From positions 1 through 64,000 of the IMG/VR virus record IMGVR_UViG_3300009093_000035: a stretch of 64,000 nucleotides of DNA, one strand, 5' to 3'. The translations under genes were made by a program, and so were the position numbers. The stretch's first letter is position 1, and every line of letters begins with the position of its first letter. Below, piece after piece: positions 8,033-16,183 of the stretch. The notes beneath the pieces are model-generated. The model had not been told where the DNA came from. It saw only the letters and a list, made by a program, of their open reading frames with translations, and searched no databases.

Positions 8033-8067
8033 ACCCCATACGGGCCTCTATAAGGAAATCAGACGGA

Positions 8068-8538
8068 TCACAGTACCCAAATTGTCGCAGCGAATGTCCC
8101 GATCGTATCTTCTCCTGAGAAGACGGTCGTAAGCGTCACTTCCACACGAGGAGTTGAGAGACCTTCTCCGCTGAAGACCGTAGCGGCGACCGTTGTACCC
8201 GCTGAATCGAAGATGGGAGGGCTCGTAACCTGATATGGCTTCGAGGTGTCGTAGAGCATCCCGTTCGGGAGAGTGAAGACGAACTCCCCGACTCCACCTT
8301 TCCCTCCAGTCAAGGTGAGGGCAACAACGCCCGAGATCGTCAGATACTTGCCGACCTGGAGGTAGCTCCACAACTCGACCGGATCGAGCGCGGAAACGAC
8401 TCCGCTGGCGCCGGAGAGAACGGGCGTGTACGTACCGGCCGTAGCCCCGCCCTCGTCCACCCCGAGGGCGCCGATCGCAGCCCGAGCGCTCTGTTGAGTC
8501 GCACCGATAGCCTGAAAGAGTTTCCGAGGTGGCGCCAT
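8068..8538 (-). CDS. tail fibre-like protein with MAPPRKLFQAIGATQQSAR leader
   Basis: Leader shared with 33102. C-terminus GTYTPVL...YLQVGKYLTISG...FTLP resembles fibre tip domains. Confidence 0.65.
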   Translation of the reverse strand: MAPPRKLFQAIGATQQSARAAIGALGVDEGGATAGTYTPVLSGASGVVSALDPVELWSYLQVGKYLTISGVVALTLTGGKGGVGEFVFTLPNGMLYDTSKPYQVTSPPIFDSAGTTVAATVFSGEGLSTPRVEVTLTTVFSGEDTIGTFAATIWVL

Positions 8539-8567
8539 GGGTATGACCCCGGCGCCCCATAAACCCG

Positions 8568-8777
8568 CTAACGTCGCTCCCCCGACTCCTCGATCTGAGT
8601 CTCGGCCCAATCGAAGATCTGAGTCAGGAGGTCCCCGAACCCCATTCTCTCTGCCGCTCGGGCGAGAGCTTCCGCGTTCTTCTCGGACTGCTTTTCGTTC
8701 TCCTCAGGGGTACGAGCGTACAGAAGAGCGAGTCGGGTCAACAGGAACCGGTCTTCGGCCGAGAGATGATCCCTCAT
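8568..8777 (-). CDS. hypothetical protein
   Basis: 3' part of ORF 8568-9023; start placed at ATG 8777 with GAGGAG RBS (start uncertain). Confidence 0.45.
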   Translation of the reverse strand: MRDHLSAEDRFLLTRLALLYARTPEENEKQSEKNAEALARAAERMGFGDLLTQIFDWAETQIEESGERR

Positions 8778-8812
8778 TCTCCTCTCGAACTCTTCGGTGT
8801 CTCTGGCCACGA

Positions 8813-9049
8813 TCAGGACTCTCCCTCTGGAGGCTTCTTGAACCTCAGGCTCGCCTGGCGTTCGTTTTCGAGTCGGACCAGCTCCTCGTAGCGCTTCCCC
8901 CCGATCCACTCCTCCTTGATCTCGGTCACGTAGACCTCGGAAGGCGGCGGAGGAATCGAGCCGTTCCCGTCCCGACGATCCTCGTCGTCTCGTCGCGGAG
9001 GCGGTTCTCGAAGAGCGCCCCAAAGGGCCCGAAGAAACGACCGGATCAT
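8813..9049 (-). CDS. hypothetical protein
   Basis: ATGA overlap with 9046-9375. Confidence 0.45.
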   Translation of the reverse strand: MIRSFLRALWGALREPPPRRDDEDRRDGNGSIPPPPSEVYVTEIKEEWIGGKRYEELVRLENERQASLRFKKPPEGES

Positions 9050-9375
9050 GCCCTGGCCCGGGCCTCGGCGCGCATGTTATCCAGAAGGGCGCGTCCGAGC
9101 GGGTCTTTCACTTCCCCACTTCGAGCGTCGATCCGGCCGAGGGGTCCGGTGACTTCCACACGCGGCTTCCCGTCCCGACAGTCATGGCACAGGAAGCTCT
9201 TCTTCGGATGGCTCATCCCGCGAGCTACCTTCACGTGTCCGCACTCTCCCGTGATGGTGTGTACGTACGTACAGCTCCACGAGTAGCTCCGACCTCGAAT
9301 CGAAGAGCGCTCCTCGCAGGTGGAGACGATACGGACGATCTTGACGTAACCGGGTGGGATGGGTCGTTCGGCCAT
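9046..9375 (-). CDS. hypothetical protein (CGH...CHDC)
   Basis: 109 aa; Zn-ribbon-like Cys/His pattern. Confidence 0.5.
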   Translation of the reverse strand: MAERPIPPGYVKIVRIVSTCEERSSIRGRSYSWSCTYVHTITGECGHVKVARGMSHPKKSFLCHDCRDGKPRVEVTGPLGRIDARSGEVKDPLGRALLDNMRAEARARA

Positions 9376-9382
9376 GAGCGAC

Positions 9383-9565
9383 TTACTCCCTTGGGCTACC
9401 GTGAATTCGAACGAGATGGACCGCCAAAAAGAAGGCCATCGACGAGAACGAAAGGGCCGCCCCAGCGAGCCTTACCCAATCCGGGAGTCCGGGAGGAATC
9501 ATGGGGATCGACCCCAAGACCATCCCATACACCGCCGGAGTCAGATCTCGTTCACCCTTCATCAC
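9383..9565 (-). CDS. small membrane protein
   Basis: Two hydrophobic segments in 60 aa. Confidence 0.45.
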   Translation of the reverse strand: MMKGERDLTPAVYGMVLGSIPMIPPGLPDWVRLAGAALSFSSMAFFLAVHLVRIHGSPRE

Positions 9566-10121
9566 CGTTGTCCTCGGGGACTACCTCCGCGAAAGGCAGC
9601 GTGACTTGACGCGCCCGAGCTTCCTTCTTCTTCCGATCGATACTGTCCCGAACCGCTTCCCATCGACCCGACGCCTCGCTGTAGCGAGAGCCGAGGATCA
9701 GTCGGCGGATCGCGCTCGACAACATCAGCATCTCCTGCTCCTGGGTCGTAGGCTCTAGGAGACGTTCCGGAGCCTCGACGACCTCGCGGATGGCCGTTCC
9801 CTCGGCCCAGAGCAATCCCCAGCCTTCGGGAAGGTCCTCGGGGCGGATAAGCTCGGGCGGGGTGAGGTACCACCGCTTCCGTCCCATCGCGTACCCGGGA
9901 TGGATGAAGGAGAGCTTCGTCCGGTCCCGGAAGAAGTCCGAGCGAGAGACCTTCACCTCGACGAGTCTCGAAGCTCCGTAGAACCATCCGATGGCGTCTG
10001 GGGCGGAGCCTGCGGCTGTCGCCATCTCCGCGAAGATGGGTCTACACCTCTGCTTATACTTCAACCAACGAGCAGCCCGATCGACCAGCTTGTCGTGAAG
10101 GTTCTCAGGACGTTTTCTCAT
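9552..10121 (-). CDS. MmcB-like PD-(D/E)xK family protein
   Basis: APDAIGW...LVEVKVSRSDFFRD..K and ELIRPEDLPEGWGLL. Confidence 0.7.
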   Translation of the reverse strand: MRKRPENLHDKLVDRAARWLKYKQRCRPIFAEMATAAGSAPDAIGWFYGASRLVEVKVSRSDFFRDRTKLSFIHPGYAMGRKRWYLTPPELIRPEDLPEGWGLLWAEGTAIREVVEAPERLLEPTTQEQEMLMLSSAIRRLILGSRYSEASGRWEAVRDSIDRKKKEARARQVTLPFAEVVPEDNGDEG

Positions 10122-10725
10122 TGACTAGGTCCAAGGCCGAAGGAGTCTCGGGGTCCATCTGGTTCCCGAAGCGGTCCCAGAACCGTACCGGAGCCCCTCG
10201 GGCGAAGAGTTCGATCCTCCGATGATGGGGGCCGTAGAGGCGGTCGATTCGCCTCCGAACCTCTTCCGGTTTCTCGCTGTGCTTCCTCCTCGGAGCTAGG
10301 ACCGATTGAGCGACCTTCTCGTCCAGGACAGGCAGAGGGCGCCCCTTCCGCATCGGAGAGCCTACGAGGACCAGCTCCGCGGTCGGCTTCACGATCGAGG
10401 GTCGAGGTCCCTGGGCGCCGATAATCCCGCCGTCCCTTCGGGTCTTCGTCCAGATGAAGCTGACGCCTCGGAAGTAGAGATCCCACGCTCGAAAGAGATC
10501 GATCGCCGCGTCGAGTCGCGGGCAGGTCCCCCACATGAAGAGGACCGAGCGCTTCTTCATCTTCTTCCGTACCGGGAGCTTCGCGAGGGCCTCGTCATCC
10601 ATCTGGATGTAGTGCTTCCCGGCGGCGGCGTCCTTGTTCGGGTCGCCGTAGTAGAGCCAGGGAGGATCCGCGTAGACGATCTCGTAGGTGTCGTCTGGGA
10701 TCTCCTCGAAGCGCTCGAAGTCCAT
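10105..10725 (-). CDS. MT-A70 family N6-adenine methyltransferase
   Basis: IVYADPPW, LFMW, FIWTK, HSEKP and IELFAR. Confidence 0.9.
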   Translation of the reverse strand: MDFERFEEIPDDTYEIVYADPPWLYYGDPNKDAAAGKHYIQMDDEALAKLPVRKKMKKRSVLFMWGTCPRLDAAIDLFRAWDLYFRGVSFIWTKTRRDGGIIGAQGPRPSIVKPTAELVLVGSPMRKGRPLPVLDEKVAQSVLAPRRKHSEKPEEVRRRIDRLYGPHHRRIELFARGAPVRFWDRFGNQMDPETPSALDLVNEKTS

Positions 10726-10726
10726 C

Positions 10727-11176
10727 CTAGCGGTTTCGGAGGAGCCACTCCACGAACGCCTCGTTCGTGAGGGCGTCTCTTCGACGGGATTGGATAGTCG
10801 ACACGACCAGGGAGGGTTCGAGGCCTGTCTGGATGAGGTACTCCGCTACAGCGAGAGCCGAACGATTCCGGCCTTCGCGACAGGTCACGAGGATCGTCTT
10901 CCCGTGTTCCCGAGTGAAGGCGATCGCCTTCACGGCTCTTTGTAGTTCTTCGGCCTGGAAGTTCACCTGGTCGGTGTCGTAGAGGTCCACCCCATAGACG
11001 CGCTTCCCGTCCACGTACTGGACCTCTCGGTCGTCGCCGTGATCTACGTAGTTCAACTCTGCCGCGACGTTCATGAGGACGTCGAAAGGAGCGAGAGACT
11101 CCCCGTATGCGAGTAGACCGCCGATGGCTATCCCATCAGCGACGAAGTTGTACGGGGCCTTCTCCACCTCACTCAT
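10727..11176 (-). CDS. dual-specificity/Cx5R protein phosphatase
   Basis: ILVTCREGRNRS P-loop, N-terminal IAIGG, C-terminal R...LTNEAF; start MSEVEK at 11176. Confidence 0.85.
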   Translation of the reverse strand: MSEVEKAPYNFVADGIAIGGLLAYGESLAPFDVLMNVAAELNYVDHGDDREVQYVDGKRVYGVDLYDTDQVNFQAEELQRAVKAIAFTREHGKTILVTCREGRNRSALAVAEYLIQTGLEPSLVVSTIQSRRRDALTNEAFVEWLLRNR

Positions 11177-11454
11177 GGCGAGAAACGAGCCTTCGGGAAC
11201 TTCTTCCGCAAGCCCTTCGAGCGCGCCTTGAACTGGGTCTCCTCGGCCTTCCTCCCTTCCGGGGTCTGAAGGTACTCGTAGCGCTCTTCCCACTCGGGGT
11301 GCTTCCGCCACTTGCACGTATCGATCGGACAGAGGAGCACCTGTTCGTAGGTGAGCGTAGGCCCCAGCTCGACGAGATACCGATGGACGCGATCGAGGGC
11401 CGCGTGGGCGCGGAGAACCTCTTCCTCGGCCTTGGCCAGTTTGGACTGGACCAT
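11173..11454 (-). CDS. hypothetical protein
   Basis: Tightly packed operon ORF. Confidence 0.5.
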   Translation of the reverse strand: MVQSKLAKAEEEVLRAHAALDRVHRYLVELGPTLTYEQVLLCPIDTCKWRKHPEWEERYEYLQTPEGRKAEETQFKARSKGLRKKFPKARFSP

Positions 11455-11455
11455 G

Positions 11456-11674
11456 TCAGGCGAGAAGGGTCGAGCCGAACGGCTTCAGGACTTCCGCGAG
11501 GGCCTTCTCGCCCTCAGGGGTGACGCGGAAGACGGCCGGATCCTCGATGTCGGCGGCGAGGAACCCCTTCTTCACGAGACGGTGGGTGATCTTCTGATCC
11601 TCCCCGGTCCACTCGGTCGCGATCGTCCGTGGCGACAACGCCAAGATCCCGATCTCCACAGGCTTCAAGTTCAC
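11456..11674 (-). CDS. small winged-helix-like hypothetical protein
   Basis: RLVKKGFL...FRVTPEG pattern. Confidence 0.5.
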   Translation of the reverse strand: MNLKPVEIGILALSPRTIATEWTGEDQKITHRLVKKGFLAADIEDPAVFRVTPEGEKALAEVLKPFGSTLLA

Positions 11675-11732
11675 TAGTGACCCCTCTCCTCAGGTTCTCT
11701 TTCGGCGGGCGCACCACGCGCCTACCGAGGCT

Positions 11733-12005
11733 TCAGGTCCCGTATCGGTCGCGACGGGGGCGCGGGTTGATGCTGACGGAAACTCGCTTCTTCGATCCGG
11801 GGATCTTCCGGAACTGAACAGCCTTCATCGGCACCCACACCGGGGTGTCGTGGTTGTTGAGGATGAAGCCGGGCTCGCCCTTCGACCCGAGCGCGTATTC
11901 GTGGCCGGTGTTGACCCCGTCCTTCCACCTCACGTCGACCCGATCGCCGACGGCACAGTGCTCCCCGGCGTGCTTCCCATCGATCCAAGGCCTCAGTACG
12001 GTCAT
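11733..12005 (-). CDS. hypothetical protein
   Basis: AGGAAG RBS; coupled to the upstream ORF. Confidence 0.5.
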   Translation of the reverse strand: MTVLRPWIDGKHAGEHCAVGDRVDVRWKDGVNTGHEYALGSKGEPGFILNNHDTPVWVPMKAVQFRKIPGSKKRVSVSINPRPRRDRYGT

Positions 12006-12379
12006 GGTACTTCCTTACCCTCCTGAGGCTTCGAGACGGGTTCGTACGAGTAGGAGGTCTTCGTGACGGTGACCCGTTCGGAGTGGTACTTGCTGGAGAG
12101 CCTTCTCGCAGCGCGGTCCTCGCAATCGGAGGAAGCGTACACGTCCGGGGTCTCGATCTTGCTTTCGCGGTCCGTGACGTAGAGCGTCACCCACCCTGTA
12201 GGAAGGATAGCTCGCCCGAGAGGTCCGATGACCTGACGCGTCTGATCCCCGCACCCGAAGCACTCGACCCAGAGGACGGGATGGGGCTTCGGTTCGAACT
12301 GAGGTGGCCTCGGCACCAGTTTTCGCGCCCGGGCTCGCGGGCGCGGCTTCTTCTCTTTCGGCTCTTTCGGCTCGCTCAT
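12002..12379 (-). CDS. hypothetical protein
   Basis: Start MSEPKEPK overlaps the M23 stop. Confidence 0.5.
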   Translation of the reverse strand: MSEPKEPKEKKPRPRARARKLVPRPPQFEPKPHPVLWVECFGCGDQTRQVIGPLGRAILPTGWVTLYVTDRESKIETPDVYASSDCEDRAARRLSSKYHSERVTVTKTSYSYEPVSKPQEGKEVP

Positions 12380-12867
12380 CTCCGCGCCTCGTTCAGGAAG
12401 GTGGTTGGATCCAAGAGTCCTTTCGGACGAGGCATTCCGAGCCTCCACCAGACGGGGTCCATCGGCTTTTCATAGAGCTCAAGATGAAGCATCGAGGGAA
12501 GGTGTCCAGGTATCTCGGACCGAGCCTCGGTCGGAAGAACCCGTTGAACCGTACCGATAACCTCTCCGGCTTCGACCTGCTCTCCGGGTCGAACCTTCGC
12601 TCTCACTTCCCCGTACAGGACAACCCCCGACCGCCCGTTCACTAGAACTGCGCTCGTAGGAAGCCACCAGGGAGACTCCGCCTCGGGGCCGGTAAAGGCG
12701 AGGACGGCTATGGTCACCCCGTCCTCGACCGCTCGAACCGGAGCCTTCTCCGGGGCGTATAGGTCGACGCCGCTGTGGACGTCATGCTTCCGAACGGCCC
12801 CGAAGGCTCCTGGGTGGGGGGCGATCGGAACCTCCGGGTAGTGGAACAGGAGGGGCCAGAGCCACAT
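12376..12867 (-). CDS. M23 family metallopeptidase (candidate endolysin)
   Basis: FGAVR...HSGVDLYAP...VRAVEDG, VRPGEQVEAGEVIG, LHLE and LLDP. Confidence 0.85.
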   Translation of the reverse strand: MWLWPLLFHYPEVPIAPHPGAFGAVRKHDVHSGVDLYAPEKAPVRAVEDGVTIAVLAFTGPEAESPWWLPTSAVLVNGRSGVVLYGEVRAKVRPGEQVEAGEVIGTVQRVLPTEARSEIPGHLPSMLHLELYEKPMDPVWWRLGMPRPKGLLDPTTFLNEARR

Positions 12868-12870
12868 GAC

Positions 12871-13671
12871 TCAGAGTCCGAGCTTCCGAAGCTCGCGCGA
12901 GTTCATCTGCTTCGCCTTCGTCGCGTAGACGTTCCCGTCTCCGTAGAGAGCGCGATTCTCGGCGCTCCCTCCGAGCTGGGTCCCGAAGTAGGTCCGGTAC
13001 TCGTTCATCATCCTGACGTAGGTTCCGCGAAACACGTCCAGAACCGCCGGGTACTCCCAGACCTTCTTCTTCAAGACCGGGTCGAGACGTTCGACCTTCT
13101 GGTTCGGGATCGGAGCCAAGACGACTTCGTACCAGGCTTCCCCAACCTCTTTTCCCGTGATGCGATCTTCGAGCTTCTTCAGGACCGCCATCCGCTTCGA
13201 GTCGATTCGGATCCGCGTCACCTTCGGCTTCGTCTTCGCCCGACGACGAGCCCGGACCTTCTTCAAGATCCCACTCTTCGGACAGACGTACATCTCCCCC
13301 GGACTCATCTCGAACTTCGAATCGAACCGGCTCGTGGTGGACTCGAAGACCTTCCCGTCTTCCTCGATCCGGACGTTCTTCTTCACGTACTGGAAGAGGT
13401 GCTCGGTGATGTGGCGTTGGACGACGTTGTCCATCGAGATGTTCTTCCGGATCTCGGAGTACACCTTGTCCCACGGTCGCCCGACCTGAGACAGGAGGTA
13501 CTTCTTCAACGGAGAGAGATTCTCGTTCAGGTTCTTCCGATCGGTCCGCGTCTTCGGGTTGATCCCTTCCCGCAACGGAGCGGTCTCGATCGACCCTCGT
13601 CGACCGACCCTGTCCCTCTTCCCCCCGAGGCGGGGCCGTTCCACAAGAACCTTGTCCATGTCCGAGCGCAT
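12871..13671 (-). CDS. basic hypothetical protein
   Basis: 266 aa with strong codon bias; MRSDMDKVLVERPR...LNENLSPL..YL..QVGRPWDKVYSEI. Confidence 0.65.
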   Translation of the reverse strand: MRSDMDKVLVERPRLGGKRDRVGRRGSIETAPLREGINPKTRTDRKNLNENLSPLKKYLLSQVGRPWDKVYSEIRKNISMDNVVQRHITEHLFQYVKKNVRIEEDGKVFESTTSRFDSKFEMSPGEMYVCPKSGILKKVRARRRAKTKPKVTRIRIDSKRMAVLKKLEDRITGKEVGEAWYEVVLAPIPNQKVERLDPVLKKKVWEYPAVLDVFRGTYVRMMNEYRTYFGTQLGGSAENRALYGDGNVYATKAKQMNSRELRKLGL

Positions 13672-13734
13672 CTGTCTTCCCTTGGCCTGGACCTTACGCT
13701 TCTTGGACCAAGAACGAAAGAGGCTACGCTCGGG

Positions 13735-13923
13735 TCACTTCCCCGGGGTCGCCAGCGCAGTTTCGAAGAGGGCGATCACGACCTTCAGATCGTCCGTGTT
13801 GAGGGCGTAGGTCTCGGACTTCTTCCCGTCCGGCTGGGTGACCGACACCCCCACCCCGGTGTCTCCGGCGCGCTCGACCATGACACGGCAACCGGCGTTC
13901 GTCTTCATCTCTCCGACCTTCAT
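13735..13923 (-). CDS. hypothetical protein
   Basis: ATGA-coupled; GGAGG RBS. Confidence 0.45.
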   Translation of the reverse strand: MKVGEMKTNAGCRVMVERAGDTGVGVSVTQPDGKKSETYALNTDDLKVVIALFETALATPGK

Positions 13924-14252
13924 CGTTCCTCCTCGTTTTCTTCTGTCAGTTCGCGGATGAAGCGTTCGTGCTCATCCCGCTCCCGAAGGACCTCACGGGG
14001 ATGGTCGGCTCGCCAACGGCGAACTCCCTCTTCCCGAACCCAGTTGGAATCCGGGGAGCACCCCCCGAATCTCTCTCGACACTCGTGCATGTACATCACG
14101 AGATCGAAGATCAGCTCTTCTCGGCGCTGGTAGTCCTCCAGAAGCGCGTCGTTGCACACTTCCGGAGCCGGCCAGGGAGGCGAGGTCTGGGCATGAAGGT
14201 CCGAACAGAACGTCCAGACCAACACGACCCCGAGAAGAAAGCGCCCGCTCAC
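13920..14252 (-). CDS. hypothetical secreted protein
   Basis: Hydrophobic N-terminus ending LHA-Q. Confidence 0.45.
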   Translation of the reverse strand: MSGRFLLGVVLVWTFCSDLHAQTSPPWPAPEVCNDALLEDYQRREELIFDLVMYMHECRERFGGCSPDSNWVREEGVRRWRADHPREVLRERDEHERFIRELTEENEEER

Positions 14253-14827
14253 TCAGAGACCTCGGCCTCGCGGACGAGCTTCCGATAGGTGAGCGAGATT
14301 CGCCCGTCGCACTTACGATCGTGCTTCGGGATCCGGTGCTGGTGATCGTTCTGGTACCCGCCGGGCATGATGAAGAGCGAACCCTTCGTCATGAGGTACT
14401 TGTCGGAGTCCGGGGTATCCCCCTTGTACCCCTTCTCCTTCACCCAGATGTACCGCTCGGCCCCGAAGGCGAGAACGGCGATCGGGTGATCGAGGTCCTG
14501 CTCCGGGGAGTCGTCCGCGTGCCAGCCGAGGTGCTGACGCTCGTCCTTGTAGTAGTTGAGGACGACGACGTTGTACGAGGTCTTGAACTCCTCGTTCAAC
14601 CTCCCCATCAGGGCGAGAAGCGGCGGGGTCATGTCCACGGCGTGGTAGGTGTGCTGCTTGAGGCGCCGCTCGTTGTTGTTGCCGTACGAGTACGTTCGCG
14701 GCGCTCCGGGGGCCGACATGAAGCACTCATCCCGCGGGGAATTGCGATTCACCCAGGGCACCTCGTCTCGAAGGACCGGGAAGAGGTCTTCGGAGACGTA
14801 CTTGGAGATGAAGATCGGGGAACTCAT
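14249..14827 (-). CDS. AlkB-family 2OG-Fe(II) dioxygenase
   Basis: YSYG, LNYY, WHADD (HxD), HRIPK and RISLTYR. Confidence 0.9.
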   Translation of the reverse strand: MSSPIFISKYVSEDLFPVLRDEVPWVNRNSPRDECFMSAPGAPRTYSYGNNNERRLKQHTYHAVDMTPPLLALMGRLNEEFKTSYNVVVLNYYKDERQHLGWHADDSPEQDLDHPIAVLAFGAERYIWVKEKGYKGDTPDSDKYLMTKGSLFIMPGGYQNDHQHRIPKHDRKCDGRISLTYRKLVREAEVSE

Positions 14828-15261
14828 TTCGTCAGACTTCCGTCAGGAGGGATCAGGATCAACGGGTTCGGGCTCTTTCGAGATCGTCGGACCGTCGCCC
14901 AAGTTCCCGATCGAAGCTCCTCTACATACTCTTTCGGCGTGGCCATCATGACCAATGTGACCTCTACAATCCAACCGTTCCGTACGAGCGGCCGAGCCGG
15001 CTCCCTCATCTGCTTCGCGCCTCGAAGCTCGCAGTGAGCCCTCATGTACTCGATATCGCAGGGGTAAATGTGACGTTCGAGACCGAGACCCGCGGCGATT
15101 CCGTCGAATTGTTCGTCCGCTCCCTTACAATCCCCGTGGACGACCAGGTTCCCGTAGCGCGTTCCGATCCGTTCAAGAACACGGCGAACGGAGACCTTCT
15201 GGGCCTCCGTCATTCCGGCTCTCGTTCCGGTGAACCCGATCCCGGCCGGCGTCCCGGTCAT
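14824..15261 (-). CDS. SLOG-superfamily nucleotide-binding protein
   Basis: IGFTGTR, HGDCKGAD, RN..IV and SGTWATV. Confidence 0.75.
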   Translation of the reverse strand: MTGTPAGIGFTGTRAGMTEAQKVSVRRVLERIGTRYGNLVVHGDCKGADEQFDGIAAGLGLERHIYPCDIEYMRAHCELRGAKQMREPARPLVRNGWIVEVTLVMMATPKEYVEELRSGTWATVRRSRKSPNPLILIPPDGSLTK

Positions 15262-15476
15262 CCCCTCCGCTCGACGCCCTTCCCCTTCCGGGTACGAGAC
15301 GCCTCCCCGAGCTTCTTCATCGCCGAGAGCGCGACCTTCTGATCCACCATCTTGGGGTGGACCTTCCGGAAGATCGCGATGTCCGAGAGGACGTGGGTCG
15401 CGGATCGAAGAAGAGCGCGCATCTCCGCCGGAGTGAGATCATCAGTCACCAAACGCTCGGCCTTCTGAAACAACAT
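15258..15476 (-). CDS. hypothetical protein
   Basis: Operon-packed; AGGAGG RBS. Confidence 0.45.
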   Translation of the reverse strand: MLFQKAERLVTDDLTPAEMRALLRSATHVLSDIAIFRKVHPKMVDQKVALSAMKKLGEASRTRKGKGVERRG

Positions 15477-16151
15477 TCAACTTCCTCCTGGGAAAAGGTC
15501 TTCAAGGTAGTCGTCGACACGAGAGGCACCCTCCCTCAGTCGACAGGCCGCCTCATCTTCGCATCGAACAGTGACCTGGCCGTTCGTCCGGATAAGGTAC
15601 CCGCGAAGAGCCTCCACGTGGATGCCGCAGATCGAACACGGCCCCGCGACCTTGTTTCGGGCCGGGCTCTCAGGAATGGGCCGAGGTAGAGGCGGACGTC
15701 CCCTCAACACCAAGTCCCGAGCCTCGTCCGATTTCTCCCGAGGGATCCACCAACGACTTCCGTCGTACCGGGCTCCGAGCTTTCGAAGATCTCCCCGAAC
15801 CGGAAACGTGTTCCCGTAGACCTCGACGTCGTCAGAAGGGATGGGAACCATTCTCGGAGGGTTCTGGATCAGGAAGTCGACCTCAGCGCCCAAGATCTTC
15901 TGCCACTCTTGGGAGGAAAGGAAGATGGCTGTTCCGGTGACCTCGATCTCCCCGCCCCTCATCGACATGAATCGGGTCGCCCTGGGGTTGTAGTCCCCCG
16001 GCGTTCGGAAGAAGAAAACCTCGCCTTCGAGGCCCATCCATTCTTCCCGAGAGGTTCCCGGCTTCTTCTCGATCAGGAGGTCCAGATCCTTCTTCAGGGC
16101 CGGAGCCTCTACGAGAATCACCTCACCCTCTACAGGGATCACAGTCGCCAT
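15477..16151 (-). CDS. hypothetical protein
   Basis: GNTFPVRGDLRKLGARYD..RWW module and CSIC; GGCGTAA upstream. Confidence 0.6.
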   Translation of the reverse strand: MATVIPVEGEVILVEAPALKKDLDLLIEKKPGTSREEWMGLEGEVFFFRTPGDYNPRATRFMSMRGGEIEVTGTAIFLSSQEWQKILGAEVDFLIQNPPRMVPIPSDDVEVYGNTFPVRGDLRKLGARYDGSRWWIPREKSDEARDLVLRGRPPLPRPIPESPARNKVAGPCSICGIHVEALRGYLIRTNGQVTVRCEDEAACRLREGASRVDDYLEDLFPGGS

Positions 16152-16183
16152 TCGAGGCCTTTACGCCTACAGGCGAAAGGACC

